DNA from: Flaccisagitta enflata
Lineage: Eukaryota
Length of the DNA stretch: 64,000 nucleotides
Assembly (NCBI GenBank): GCA_965153355.1
Contig: OZ231126.1
Span: forward strand, 19,220,001 to 19,284,000
Direction: 5' to 3'
Position numbers and translations under genes: made by a program. Below the pieces are notes generated by a model. It was not told the DNA's origin. It made no database searches and saw nothing but the letters and a program-made list of their open reading frames with translations. Of this stretch, positions 41,921-55,846 are shown in pieces (the stretch's first letter is position 1; each line of letters starts with the position of its first letter).

Positions 41921-42218
41921 GCTGAAGCAGGAGCTGTTTCCGTCGCTGTTGTTCCTCGTGTTCTCTAGTGGCTTGCAACGCTCTTTCCGCGATTCGCGTT
42001 CCTTCGTCTCGGTCGTCCAAATAGTCCTCGTCGTCTTCCTCTTCTTTGATCGAGACGCTCATGCCATCTCCTATGCCATCTCCTAAGCCGTCACCCATGC
42101 CATCACTCATGCCATCACCCACGCCTTCTCCGCCACCGGATTCGTTTGGCATTCCTTCCCCAGGTGACTTCATCATCTTCTTGTATTTCGAGCGACGATT
42201 TTGAAACCAAATTTTCAC
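40830..42218 (-). CDS. Dll: Distal-less coding exon 3 (homeodomain helix 3 and long C-terminus)
   Basis: Acceptor ttttctctcag|GTG at 42219/42218. Begins VKIWFQNRRSKYKKMM, completing the homeodomain in phase 0, and stays open to TAG at 40832-40830. Contains Gln/His/Pro/Gly/Ser-rich tracts and a WDMK motif near the C-terminus. Confidence 0.95.
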
Positions 42219-42294
42219 CTGAGAGAAAATGGGCAAATAAGGGGAAAGATTAAGAATGAGAATCAATACTATCTTGGAAAAAATAAAAGTCCAG

Positions 42295-42630
42295 GACGTT
42301 TAGTCATATTACAGCTTTGATATATATGATTTGATATGAAAATAGGTGACCAAAATGAAGCTAATAAACAGGGCTAGCAAATGGCACCAAGCTGAGACTC
42401 ATAGCTTTGTTTGTTTAGATTTTACATCAAAATAAATGAAAATGTTTATTTCAGGAAATGGACACCTTACTTAAATAGAATATAAACACATGACGTTTTA
42501 GTACAGTGTTGCTTTGATATGCAAAATTTGAAAGAAAAACTGGTGACCATGTTGAAGCTCTTGATAAGGGCTATCCATTGCCGCCAAGCAGAGACTCCTA
42601 GCATTTTTCGTTTGGGTTCTACATCAAAAA
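42295..42630. repeat. Degenerate ~197-bp tandem duplication next to the exon 3 acceptor
   Basis: gacgttt..gctttgatat..ggtgacca..gaagct..agggcta..ccaagc.gagactc.tagc..tacatcaaaa occurs at ~42295 and ~42492. Confidence 0.6.
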
Positions 42631-43269
42631 GAGTGGGAATGTTGATTCTCAGAAATAGTAAACAAATTGTGTGGAGGGATTGTACCTCAAAAGGGCATTA
42701 TACTCTTTACCAAGGCATGCCCTTACAGATACAAGCAGTTTCTAAACTCAAAGGTTATTTTGAATATTAGTCTAATAAAAATGGTCATTATTTTATCAGA
42801 TTCGAAATCAAATTATTTCTTTATCCAGCTCGGACTTTTATTTTTTCCAAGATAGTAGAACGCTATAATAATGCGAGGACCATTACACATTCATTACACA
42901 TTCATTACACATTCATTTAATGCCTGAATCATTCAAAATCATAATCAAATTTGGAAAGTGATCACATCGGAACAGTTCTCTTGATTTAGCAGTGAACAAA
43001 CCATCAACATACACATCATGTGTTAAGAACTGTCTAGAGATTGACCTTAGATCCGGAATCTGAGTCCTTGTGAATATTTCGATTTCTCTTTAAAATGCGG
43101 CCGGGCCAGAGGGATTAACGGCATGAGCTTGAGGTCTAATTAATCAGCCTTAATTTGGTCCTAAAAGATACCTTGGTGTATGCACATAACTCTGTTGATC
43201 TCATTAACCAAAGTTTTGAACGTCTTAGGGGCCCCTAAGGGCCCCAAAAAAGCCCTTGATGAGGATTTT

Positions 43270-43656
43270 TTTCTGAAAAAAAAAAGTGGGGTGCAATCGA
43301 TAGGGAATTGTTTGATTCGCCTAGATCCAAAATTTTGTATTTTCACTTTTTTCAAAAAAACTTAGAAAATTTTTGTGTCACGTGTTGAGGACTTAGAGAA
43401 AATAATCACAAAATATTTTTTTGAAAAATGGTTTTTAAAAGTGGGGTGCAATCGATAGGAAATCGTCTGATTTGCCTAGATCCAAAATCTTGAATTTTCA
43501 TTTTTTTTTCAAAAAACTTAAAAAAATTTTGTTCCGCGCGTTGGGGACTGAAAAAAAAAATTACAAAATATTTTTTTGAAAAATGTTTTTTAAAAGTAGG
43601 GTGCAATCAATAGGAAATTGTTTGATTTGCCTAGATCCAACATCCTGTAACTTAAC
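43270..43656. repeat. ~155-bp tandem repeat, three units; the third is interrupted by a HINE
   Basis: aaagtggggtgcaatcgatagg...gcctagatccaa recurs at ~43283, 43438 and 43593. Confidence 0.85.
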
Positions 43657-43870
43657 TTTTTTAGTCGCGTGCTACGCGACTCTACACCCCGCTTTGTCGG
43701 TCCGTCCGTCGGTCCGTCGGTCCGTCCGTCCGTCGGTCCGTCACACTTTACTTTTTCGGCGTAAATGGGGTTTTTAGCCTTACTGCTCCTGCCCAAATGC
43801 TCCACTGACCTCAATTATGGCCCCTGCCCACCCGCACGCGACTGGGGTAGCCGTGTATCCGGCCTTGTTT
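43657..43870 (+). mobile_element. HINE-like element, family A (intact reference copy)
   Basis: ttttttagtcgcgtgctacgcgact, (GTCC/GTCG)n, cacgcgact, gccgtgtatccggc hairpin, cttgttt end. Confidence 0.85.
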
Positions 43871-44506
43871 TCAAAAAACTTGGACTCTGTTGAAATTCAC
43901 TGCCGGCCATATTTTCAAAGAAAGTTTAAAGATTCTCCTGGAACTTTTTCAATTTGATATGGTTCAAACAAATGCTCATAACTTCTAAAGTATTTGAGCC
44001 AGAACCTTGAAATTTGAAACGTGCATTATTGAAAGCGCTGAGCAGGTCCATGCAAAAGATTGAGCTACTGACTGACCTAGGAAAACTTTTGATTCTAAGT
44101 CTAAACTGTCAATCAATCAAGTTGCGTAAAAAAAAAAAAAGAAAAAAAAATCTTTTAGATAACTTAGTATCAAAACGGCGCCATCTTGATTGATATCATC
44201 AAATCGTATGAGATACGCGTATCGTTCAATCAGATACTATGACGACTATTATTATCTTTTAGAGGCTTATTTCTAGGCTCTTGTAATTTGATTCATTCTG
44301 TCCCTGTTCGTCACTCGCATTCATTTTTGACGACATTTTGGAAACCCGTTGAAACCTTTTCGAATCGATCTGTACGTAATATGTAATTATGAATCGTTTC
44401 TGCGTTTGAAGTCAAATGGATTCGCACCACCCACTTTCTCCGTTAACAAAAAACACCATTGACGAAAAATTCAACCCACAGTGCACTCAATTTACATAGT
44501 CACTGT

Positions 44507-44583
<77 letters not shown>

Positions 44584-44857
44584 CCGAGACATTGGGCTCT
44601 TGAACTAATCTACTCCGTTGATCCAGTGTTAATGAGTCTGTAGAAGCTTTGCAGGTCCTTAATTCCATGTCGTCTGTGAGGATAGACCAAACAACCACCC
44701 ATGGACCCCGTTGGAGACCGAAGTCTGCGAAGGGGAATGATGATCATTTGTTTGAGCGAGCCAACGAAACCCGGGGCGGTCCGGTGGAGCGGAGCCGAAC
44801 TAAGTCTGACAGGTTGTCAGACGAAGGAACTGTATTCTAGCAGCCCGAATTGTGATA

Positions 44858-45224
44858 CACTCTTTTTTTTTTATAAGAACGTCATTTTTTTTCGAAGGCT
44901 TCGTGCTCTTATCTTCAAGACCAAATGAAGCCTTCAATGTTCTTAGAGCGTTCTTAATTCGAAATAGTATATAAACTGTAGGATACCTTAGAATATACTA
45001 TTACTCAATCATAGCAAATATATTTCTATTTAATACTGTTAAAACAAATGTTAATCATTAAAGTCTAAGAATATTTTCATGTTAATGTTTTTTTAATATT
45101 ACCTTAAGCGAAATTTTTTTCTAAAGATATAAAGCCTTTGTTTGTTCTTAAGATGTTCTTAATTTTTAGGCCATTCGAAGCCTTGATGTTCTTATAAACT
45201 AGGTTCTTATGAAAAAAAAGAGAG
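44858..45224. mobile_element. TA-flanked MITE
   Basis: TIR cactctttttttttataagaac / gttcttatgaaaaaaaagagag with TA on both sides. Confidence 0.7.
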
Positions 45225-45689
45225 TATTCTAAGCTTCGCCTGATCTGAGAGAGGGATCCCGCATTTTCATTTTACCTTTTGCTAAAAAGATTATGCCCCA
45301 ATAAGCAGTCTTCGCAAATCTCAGTTCATGAATGTGTGATACTATTTTCAAAATAACGGCAATCCTTCCTTACGCTCGCGCGTTGCATTGAGCGGGGACC
45401 TACGGTCAGTAATTGCGAAAATTGTGCGTTAAACAACGTTACCGACTTTAAAATTGCGATGATGCGTCTAAGAAGGCTGACCACACGGCCAATAGGTAGT
45501 CGCTCGCGATTGGGCAGGGGCAGTAATGCAGGTGATCAGGGATCGTATAGTGAGCGGGCACTGGGCAGGAGCTGTAATGCTCAGAAATAACAATTTCGGC
45601 CGATTTCGCGTTATTCAAAAATTTCGCGTTATCGACGGACTTTCCTTCCTCTGGACACACCCTCTTATGAAGTCGCTCAGCAAGCGACT

Positions 45690-45890
45690 AAACAAGGCCG
45701 TATACATGGCTACCGAAGTCGCGAGCGGGTGGGCAGGGGCAGTGATGAGACATGCTAACTCAAACATTTTAGCAGGAGCAGTACTGCAAAAGACGCCCAA
45801 AAACGCTAAAAAAGCTAAGGGCGACGGGGCGACCGGGCGATTGACCGACCAACAAAGCGGGTTGTAGAGTCGCGAGCACGTGACTAAAAA
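45690..45890 (-). mobile_element. HINE-like element, family A, abutting a divergent HINE at ~45475-45692
   Basis: aaacaaggccgtatacatggc...agtcgcgagcacgtgactaaaaa. The neighbour ends agtcgctcagcaagcgactaaa. Confidence 0.75.
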
Positions 45891-46780
45891 CGTGCCTTTC
45901 AATTCTGACTTTTGATGTCTCTAATCCCTAAATTAATGTTTTTGATTTGTTGGATTGTTTCTTTTTTAAGCCGATATAAAATAATCTGATAGAATAAGAA
46001 TCAAATAAATCATTCCTTCTCTACAGACCTGATCGTTGCATTGTCAACGCTCGCTCGCACTGTCAAGACTAGTTATGTTTTTAGGATGCACAAATACAAA
46101 GATCCTACACTCCCTTTACTACTCTAAAGCAATCGTCTTTCTGTCAATCTGTGTCTGCTACAGCAATCAATATTTAAAGACTATGTAACTCCAATTCAAA
46201 TGCATGAAACTTTCTTGTAAGTTAGGGTCGTTAGTTGAGCAGAGTGACGTCGATTTGTCAACAATCAATTCATCCAGTAGCAATTATTCCCCTTCAGGCA
46301 TTGGCGCTCCTGACTTTCCGTCATGAAGAAGCCTCCCTGCAACCTTCTTCGACCCCCTTCTCCCCCCCGCCTTTCCCCCTCCTCCCCCGCCTACCTCCAT
46401 TTTTACTCCCCGTTGTCTTCTTTTTCTTCCATCGTCGTATTTTTGTCCATTGCCTCCAAAACTACTGCTTTCCCGTTTCGTCTGCCTGCTGTCAAGCCTA
46501 ATCATGTTACCCACCATCCCTCCATTCTCCTTCCTCCTTCCTCCTTCCACCCTCTTATTTCCCCCCCCCCCCCGCCATATGATTTCCCCCTTCCCTCCTC
46601 GCATTTCTCTTTCTTTCCCAGCCGTCTTCAAGCAAACTCGCCATCCCGTTTGGTCCTCTTTTAGCCTTCATCCCCTTCCCCTGATATTCATCTTCTCTTT
46701 CATTTTGCTCCTTATTCTATGCCTCCGTTTTCCCCACTTACCCATCTTCATGATCCCCGTCTCCCTGCCCCCCCCCCCCT

Positions 46781-47294
46781 TTTTTTTTGGGCAGCGGCCC
46801 CAAAGGCCCGATGTCCTGTAGAACACAGGGGGGAATTTCCAGACGTCCATCCTTCCGTCCTTCCCCCCCCCCCCCATTGACCATCAAGGCCTCAAATTAG
46901 CCCTCCCAGGACTCAATTTAGCCCTCCAGGCCTAAAATCAGCCCTCTTGGCTTCAAATCAGCCCTCCTCCCATGCCCTAAATCTGCCTCTCAGACCTCAA
47001 ATCTGCCCCCTAGACTTTCAATCAGCCCTCCAAGCTTAAAACCAGCCCGCCAAACCTCAAATCTGCTCTCCAAGCCATAATTATGCCCTCCAACCCTCAG
47101 ATATGCCTTCAGTGGCATATATCAGCCATCTAGAGCCCCCTCAGGACGGACGGACGTCTCGATATTCCCCCCTGTGTTCTACAGGACATTGGCCCATTGG
47201 GGACGCTGCCCTGCACTCACTCCACTTCTTCACTGGATCACTCAGCAGGGCATCGGGTACCGCTGACCATATGCGATCCTTGGATGACTAGTTT
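46781..47294 (+). mobile_element. HINE-like element, family E variant, with extended inverted repeat and ~21-bp minisatellite
   Basis: gggcagcggccccaaagg..atgtcctgtagaacacagggg is mirrored by cccctgtgttctacaggacat..ggggacgctgccc. The 3' gggcatcgggtaccgctgaccat matches the element at 575-1225. Confidence 0.75.
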
Positions 47295-47579
47295 TTTCTT
47301 CGCCTCCATGTGTATGCGATCCTCATTGCATCCCCCTCTTCCTCCCCCCTCTCTCCCCCCATGCCAATAATTTCGCTCCGCCTCCTTGTTCTGTGACAAT
47401 CGATTGATCTCGTCCAAAGAGAGAGAGAGAAAAAAAGAATCTTTTTCCTTTTTTCTCGCCTTCTGTGACCACAAAAGGAAAAAGTTTCCTCTTTCACAAC
47501 AAAGAAAAAGAATTAAGAGAAGCTTCGACTTAATTGCTCCGCCATCTCCGCCTCCTCCTTCTGTCCCACTTTCCATAAC

Positions 47580-48565
<986 letters not shown>

Positions 48566-49793
48566 TCCTCTTTTCACTGCCACTTCGGCGCTGATTTCCA
48601 TTCATGCATCACTTCACCAATTCTTCTCTCTCTCGCCAGAGGGCCAGAGGGCTTCTCTCTATCCGGCTCACAAAAGTACTGAATGCCGTCCATTTGATTT
48701 GTTTTCACGGCTCAGAATGTGTTTTTGGTATTCTCTCAATTTGTTGTTGTTTCTTTGTGTGACGTTTTGTTGAATGTTTACGTTTTTGTTTCTTTTCTAC
48801 AGAAATTTTTCACCCTTGATTTATTTCCATCGCATAGCGTGAATCAAGTTCAGGAAGTGTTTTTGTAAAACAAATGTTTTGGTTAGGGCTGTTGGCTGTC
48901 GTACTAAGTAGTTTTGTTGTAGGTGGAAATGTTTGAACATGGCGCCAGGGATGTTATGATAATGGTGGTATAATTGCATTTATTTAATGCGCTTTTTAAC
49001 TCGTCGATGTGCAAAGAACTGTAAGTTTGGAGCGACAGAATGAAACCGACAGAAAGAACTCAACTTTCCACGTTTGACAAACAATGCACGATGCAACCCA
49101 ATACCGAGATTAGCATAGTCGAATGATGTTGAATCTTTTGACTTCATTAAATGGTGGTTATACAGTCTGTGTTTGATGGAGCAATGGGCGTAACGAGTCA
49201 GCAATTACAATCAATTCATTATCAAAATAGGTTTACGAAACGGTAAATGAAAAAAATTGCCAAGAGAATGACTTATGACAAACAGACAGGCGCGCAATAT
49301 GTTTGGATGAAGAAGAGCATATGACTTACTACTTCAACCTCTGCATTCTTGAAACACTTGAGAAATCTGTGTATTCAACTTGAAAAGAAGCGCTTCAAGG
49401 AGAAGTCCTTCAACACAAATCTCGCGCGATCTAGATCGCCTCTCTCCTCGAAATCCATGCAACGGAGTTGTCATATGTTTTGGTGGGGATTTGAAGAGGG
49501 GTTCGTTACCTACGGCATATTTTTCCCCCGTTGTCAACGAATTAGAGGAAGTTTCTGGGCTATTATTCGTGCAAGAGAGAACAAAAATTATTTCCTACGA
49601 TCTGAAACAAATTGAAATTTATCGCAAATAATTGATTGCTTTAGAATAGCCGCGTTTAATGCGATTGTTGTATTGGGACCTCAACTTACTCTCCTTCTCA
49701 ACTACTGGCCTTGATGTCGGCAGGTAAAAGCGTCGGAGCAAAGAGCATCTATTACTTCAAGTAAAGTTCTGATATCTTACACACAAATATGTA

Positions 49794-50350
49794 CAGTAGA
49801 TCTCATCTAGACTTGAGATAACGGGGGCAAGCATGGTGGAAAGACGAATGAAGGCAGGGGAGCGATATTTGGATCATAGACTAATCAAAGGATGCTTAAT
49901 TCCCCATGATAGCTGGTTGCCATGGAAACGCATTTCCATGTATTCTCGCTAGAATATTTTGAGAGATTTTTTTAGGGAACATTGCTTAAAATAAAATTTG
50001 CTACAACTTTCCCACAGTATGTTCTGTAAGAATATCGCTCGTTTGGCCGTTGCTAGGAAGCGTATCCATGTGTGACGACCCCTAGCAACCGCTAAACGAG
50101 CGACATTCTTACAGAACATACTGTGGGAAAGTTGTATCAAATTTTATTTTAAGCAATGTTCCCTAAAAAAATCTCTCAAAATATTGATACTTTAGCGAGA
50201 ATACATGGAAATGTGTTTCCATGGCAACCAGCTATCATGGGCAATAAAGCATCCCATTATTAGTCTATGTTTGAAATATCACTCCCCTGGCTTCATTTGT
50301 TTTCCTACAATGCTCGCCCCCGTTATCTCAAGTCTAGACGAGATCTACTG
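49794..50350. mobile_element. Palindromic TA-flanked MITE (Tc1/mariner-pogo-like) in Dll intron 2
   Basis: TA|cagtagatctcatctagacttgagataacggggg ... ccccgttatctcaagtctagacgagatctactg|TA. Arms of ~265 bp pair almost to the centre, with a loop near 50059-50079. Confidence 0.9.
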
Positions 50351-51399
50351 TACCGAATAATCAAATAAAGATTGGATAGACACTCTGCTTTGTGTTTGTG
50401 TGTGGTATTTACTTAGGGCTGGCCTAAATTCCTATCCCGGAGTTTTTGAAGTGATAACCGGCGTCTGAATCAAGACTAATGACTTTCGGTCTCAATCATA
50501 AATCTTAAAAAACAAAGTCCCGAGAACAGTAATGTTTTTGTAGGGGTATCATGCAATGATGGAAAAACTGAAGAATTTTATATAAAAGCCCAAAAGAAAC
50601 AAAAGAAAAATTATAGAATTAACATACCAAATTAATCCGAAGTCAATTTACTAAGAAATATACGCCAAGTCTTTTTCGGCGTGCATTTGCGCCCACGACA
50701 AGAAAAAAACAAACTAGGTATAAGTAATCATGTCCGTCGGTCTGTTGTCGCTTTTTACATCCCTTCCCGTCAGCGCTCGAAACACGCTGCCGTCATAATG
50801 TTAAAAGGATTTATATATCATTCTATTATGGGTAAAAGGCTTAGATTTATGGTAGATTGAAAATTCACCTCTTGGGTCAACATCCTGAGGAACATCACAA
50901 TGAGTAAAGAGAAAGATTTTGTTTTTTTTTTTCATTCTCAACTTCGGACCGCCATTGTCATGGAAAATGCGAATTATACCCTCGGACGAAGTGAAAGAGA
51001 CAAGAATTAGAAGAATAAAAAATACCAAAAAACATAAATTTGCGGGAAAAAAGTAAAGAAAATCATAGATTACGAAATTCCGAAAATTCCGGCCTTGTAT
51101 GTAGCCAAATGCATCAGATAAATGTATATATATATGTATGAAAAAAAAAAAAAAAAAAAGAGGCGAGGGAGGGACAATTTCTTTTTTGACATTGATCAAT
51201 TGACTTTTGCTCGAAACTGATTCAATTAAATCCCATTCATTCGCCTAAAAAATCTTTTTTTTCTTCTGAGACACAAAAGTTTCCCCCAGTCCTGTTGGGG
51301 TCCTTTGTCCTTCGTCACGCGTATGACTGTATATTAGATTTGATTAGAAAGGGTAAAGAGGCAAGTGTTTGTGTCCAATGAATTTCGCCGAACTGAAAA

Positions 51400-51588
51400 A
51401 AACAAGGCCGGATACCCAAGTCGCGTGCGGATGGGCAGGGGCAGTGATGAAATAGACCAGACAAGCAGTTGGCAGGAGCTGTGACCCCAAAACTGCCCAT
51501 TAATGCCGAAAGAGCAAATTGTGTGACGGACGGACGGCCGACGGACCGACGGACAGAACGGGTTTTAGAGTCGCGTGCACACGACTAA
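51400..51588 (-). mobile_element. HINE-like element, family A
   Basis: aaacaaggccggatac..agtcgcgtg...agtcgcgtgcacacgactaa. Confidence 0.75.
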
Positions 51589-51754
51589 CAATGATTGAGG
51601 AATGTACTCACTTGGATGCCGATTTTTTGGTACATAAGCGATGTAACATCACATTCCATATGTGCATGTGACTAGTGGGAGCATGTAGTACCAAGTGTCC
51701 GCTGTCTGTCCCACCGTCTGTCAGTCTGTCTGTCCGCCTCTACCATGTTTTCTC

Positions 51755-51818
<64 letters not shown>

Positions 51819-52376
51819 TCCCTTAAAGTTTGTGCTTGTTTCTGAATATAATGAAATTAATTCTGATTAATTGAGCCAATGTCTGGGCGGAAGAATGCAT
51901 TCTCCAACTGACAACGTAGTACAAACGCTTATCCTTCGTGTTTAATCTAAAAGCTGTTAAAAACATTACCTCGTGTATCAAATATCGCTCTTTTACAAGT
52001 GCCTATCATTACAAAACTCAAAAGACACTCAATTTCTTTCTGTTTTCTCGAGATGATATCTGTTTTCATTATAGATCGTATTATTGGTAATTACCGATCG
52101 AAAGAGAGGCTGATTTTCTCTCTGCCTCTCTCGTTTTTGGATGGCTAGGCAAGGCGCCAAAAACGGTTTGTACCATAAAACAGATCAAAATTAGAATCAG
52201 TTTTCCTATGACATGATATGATTCTGAATGTGTTTCTCATGTCTTGAATATTCATCATGATTATTTTTTCACGAGTATCGCGCTGTACTAACCTGTAGTT
52301 ACTGTCATCACGCATTCCATTTAAAAGGCATGACAATAAACGATAAAGAGGGAGCCAGAGAGACAGAATCAGAAAG

Positions 52377-52593
52377 AAACAAGTGACTCGGCGTAACAAT
52401 ATCGTTGTGGACGGGTGGGCAGGGGCATCCAACCTAGATCCACACCCCAACTCCCACCCCAAAACGCTTGTTTTTCCACTTTTCAACTCAATCATTACGG
52501 ACGGACCAATACAACGGACCAACGGACCAACGAACCTACGGACCGATGGACGGACAAAGCTTCTTTTAGAGTTAGGTGTCCACAAGTAAAAAA
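52377..52593 (-). mobile_element. HINE-like element, family B (degenerate)
   Basis: aacaagtgac..atatcgttgtggacgggtgggcagggg...ggacaaagc...gtgtccacaagtaaaa. Confidence 0.65.
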
Positions 52594-52626
52594 CAGTGAC
52601 GTGACAGTGACAGACACTAAGAAAGA

Positions 52627-52696
<70 letters not shown>

Positions 52697-52728
52697 AGAT
52701 AAACAGACAGACAAACAGACAGCCAGTC

Positions 52729-52803
<75 letters not shown>

Positions 52804-53109
52804 ATGGAGCAAGGATGAAAAGTCCCAGAATCGGGAAAGACGCAGAAAAAGAAGAGTAACATGCAAAGAAGATCCCACAAAAGGAAAAGGAAAATGATCC
52901 ATTGAGAAAAACAGGTTTTTGGGCAGGTGATGACGATGGTGACGACGATGAAGACGGTGACGACGATGAGAACGGTGACGGTGATGACGACGATGGCGAC
53001 GATTCTTGGGACAACGAAAGTTCGTCACGCAAGAAAGAAAAACAGAAAAAAGGGTAAGGAAAATAATAAGAAAAACTAAAAAGGATAAAAAAAAAAAGAA
53101 ATTCATAAA

Positions 53110-53128
53110 AATGACAGAAAGAAAGAAA

Positions 53129-53215
<87 letters not shown>

Positions 53216-53239
53216 ACGAAAGAAAGCAAGAAAGAAAAA

Positions 53240-53310
<71 letters not shown>

Positions 53311-53345
53311 CAAGAAAGGAAAAAAGAAAAAAGGAATGAAAGAAC
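53110..53345. repeat. (GAAA)n microsatellite
   Basis: Directly visible. Confidence 0.93.
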
Positions 53346-54349
53346 GTGGAAGAAATAAAGAATGAAATGAAAAGATTAAAATAAAAGAGAGACACCAAAA
53401 CCAGTATAGTATATCTTTAAAAAAAAGAACTTTGAAAATTTCTTTTGAGTGACTGAATATCAAAAGAAAAAAAACCACAAAAAACTTGATTCTTGTTTGA
53501 TGCATAATTGATCCTCTCTTTTTTTAAACTTATTTCTCAATTCTCAGCCATACTATTAATCGTGAATTCTTGCAACGCCTTCATGTCAAAATGAAAAAAA
53601 AAATGCTTTTCTTGAAACGGGACAATATGTCTGAATATATCCCCCGATCATTTCCTTCACTCATACGCATACCTTTATCTTGACCCGATTCTCAGAAGTC
53701 CGATATTTATGGAAACACTACTGCGTGCATATCGTTATTAACGGACGGTTAACAACGCCTCTAACACATGAAGGCATATTCTATTTCAAACGACTTTAAC
53801 TGGCATAAATACGGCATAGATTTCGGCAGAAAATCAAAACAGGATCGCCCTTCATGTCCCTTTTCAAAAATTTCACCGTCGTAGGTTTATAATTATAATT
53901 AAAGACAAAGACAGCTTCTCCGGTGGTGTAGGAATGAAACTTACTAGGCGGTGTATTGACAAAAAGATTCTTTCTTGTCAAGTCAACGGCGTTAACGCGC
54001 GGTTTTCCCCTTTTGATCTCGACTTTTTAAATGAAATGCTTTTTTTTGACTCTTTGACTATCAAATAAATTACAGAATGAACTGATCGCTGTTCTTAGAT
54101 GGGAATTTAATTCAATTTTGATTTTAATTCTTTTTTTCCCTCTCTTAGTCTTAATCAAGCCGAGCGACGGAGGGAAGCATTCATTCTTTGTTCAATTAAA
54201 CGCAGAAGGCCTTTGTATTTCAAGATGTTCTTTATATAAGATTCACGCTGAGGAAACGAATTCGTCACATGCTTGGAATTTTATGGGCCATTTCCTTTTT
54301 TCAATTTTATGCTTTTATGCCTAGATTTCGCCTAAGAGTCACAATCTTT

Positions 54350-54865
54350 CTCATTCATCTATCCATTCATTCATTCATTCATTCATTCATCTATCCATTC
54401 ATTCATTCATTCATTCATTCATTCATTCAGTCATTCATTCATTCATTCATTCATTCATTCTACATTCATTCATTCTTTTATTCATTCATTCATTCATTCA
54501 TCGATTCAATCATTCATTCATTCATTCATTCATTCATTCATTTATTCATTCATTCATTCATTTATTCCAATCTTGTGCCTCTAAAGGCGCTATTGATTAA
54601 TTGATTGATTGATTGTCATACTGATTGATTGATTCATTGACTGATCGATTAATCGATTGATTGATGGATTCTATTCATTCATCCATTCAATCATTCGTTC
54701 ATTCATCCATTCATTCATTCATATATTCATTCATTCATTCATTCATTCATTCATTTTTCTTACCCCTATGCCCTTAAGTCATTCATCCATTCGTTAATTC
54801 ATTCATTCATTCATTCATTCATTCATTCATTAAACTCATTCAATCATTCATTCATTCGTTTATTC
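54350..54865. repeat. (ATTC)n/(ATTG)n microsatellite at the start of intron 2
   Basis: Directly visible. Confidence 0.93.
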
Positions 54866-54903
54866 ATACATCTCTTCCATTCCATGCATTGAGCCGTAAT
54901 CAC

Positions 54904-55100
54904 CTGCGTTTGCGTGAGTCCAAGCGAAGCCGCCAATTCAGCTCTCTCAGGAAGCGCTAAATATTGCGTTCGTTGGAATCGTTTGTTAAGTTGCTGCAGT
55001 TGGAGGCTGCTGTAAATCGTTCTCGGTTTCCGCATTTTCTTTCCTTTTGAAGTCACCTTCATTCCCATCAATTCTTGATCTGTCAAAGGTGAGTCGGGAC
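54904..55100 (-). CDS. Dll: Distal-less coding exon 2 (homeodomain residues 1-44)
   Basis: Acceptor ttttag|GT at 55101/55100 and donor CAG|GTGATT at 54904/54903. Encodes (G)[65 protein letters not shown], a diagnostic Dll/Dlx homeodomain. Confidence 0.97.
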
Positions 55101-55846
55101 CTAAAAAGATAAGTCAAAAAGAGGATGAGTGGAAGAACGTCAACTTAAATACAGAAACACGTGCAATGATTCTTTAATCTTTAGTAACACATGACGCCGC
55201 TGATAAGGAGGGAAATGAATTGCCGTGGAATTGAAGAAAAATGCAGAAATAAATGATGTTTTTGAGAGGAATAGTTTTTTTACTACAAGAAATTACTTAT
55301 ACAGCTAAAGGTTAAAAAGGTTTGCAAGTTGAGAGAGTGTCGAAATTTGCTGAAGCATGCCTAACCTAATTTGCATAATGCAGTTTGCCTTTATCTTTTT
55401 TTTTTAGTGAGGCGAAAAACGGATGTATAGCAAATCGCATGAGATTTGAATATTGAAACTATGGAATCTTAAAGGTCATAGGAAAAAAGAACACTTTAAG
55501 ATAAAGACTCTTTATTTAAGAGTAAAGAGTAATACAGTTTAAACTGGTTATTTAGACTGAACTGATGAGATTTTTCCGTATCAGATAAAATCTTTAATGA
55601 ACTCGATAAGGTGAAATTAGTTGCTCTCGAAATCTAAACTAGTTTCGCCTCGCATTGTTTGACTGGCGTGGGACCTCCCATATCAGTGCCCCTGTCTGAC
55701 CACACGCGACTAGTCGTGTAGCTGACCTTGTTTTAATTGTTTAAACTGATGATAAGACTGGTTGTCATTCCTTGCAAAAAAAGCACCCATCCCTGTAACA
55801 CGGTTGATCGACCAATAGACAAATGTATAGTTTATCCAACACTCAC
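55101..55846 (-). other. Dll: Dll intron 1 (746 bp, GT-AG, phase 1)
   Basis: GTGAGT donor and TTTTAG acceptor; reading frame preserved across the junction. Confidence 0.85.

Noticed and set aside
40881-42086. Plus-strand and alternate-frame ORFs overlapping Dll exon 3 (also 55737-56353 over exon 1)
   Set aside because: Shadow ORFs of GC-rich, low-complexity coding sequence.
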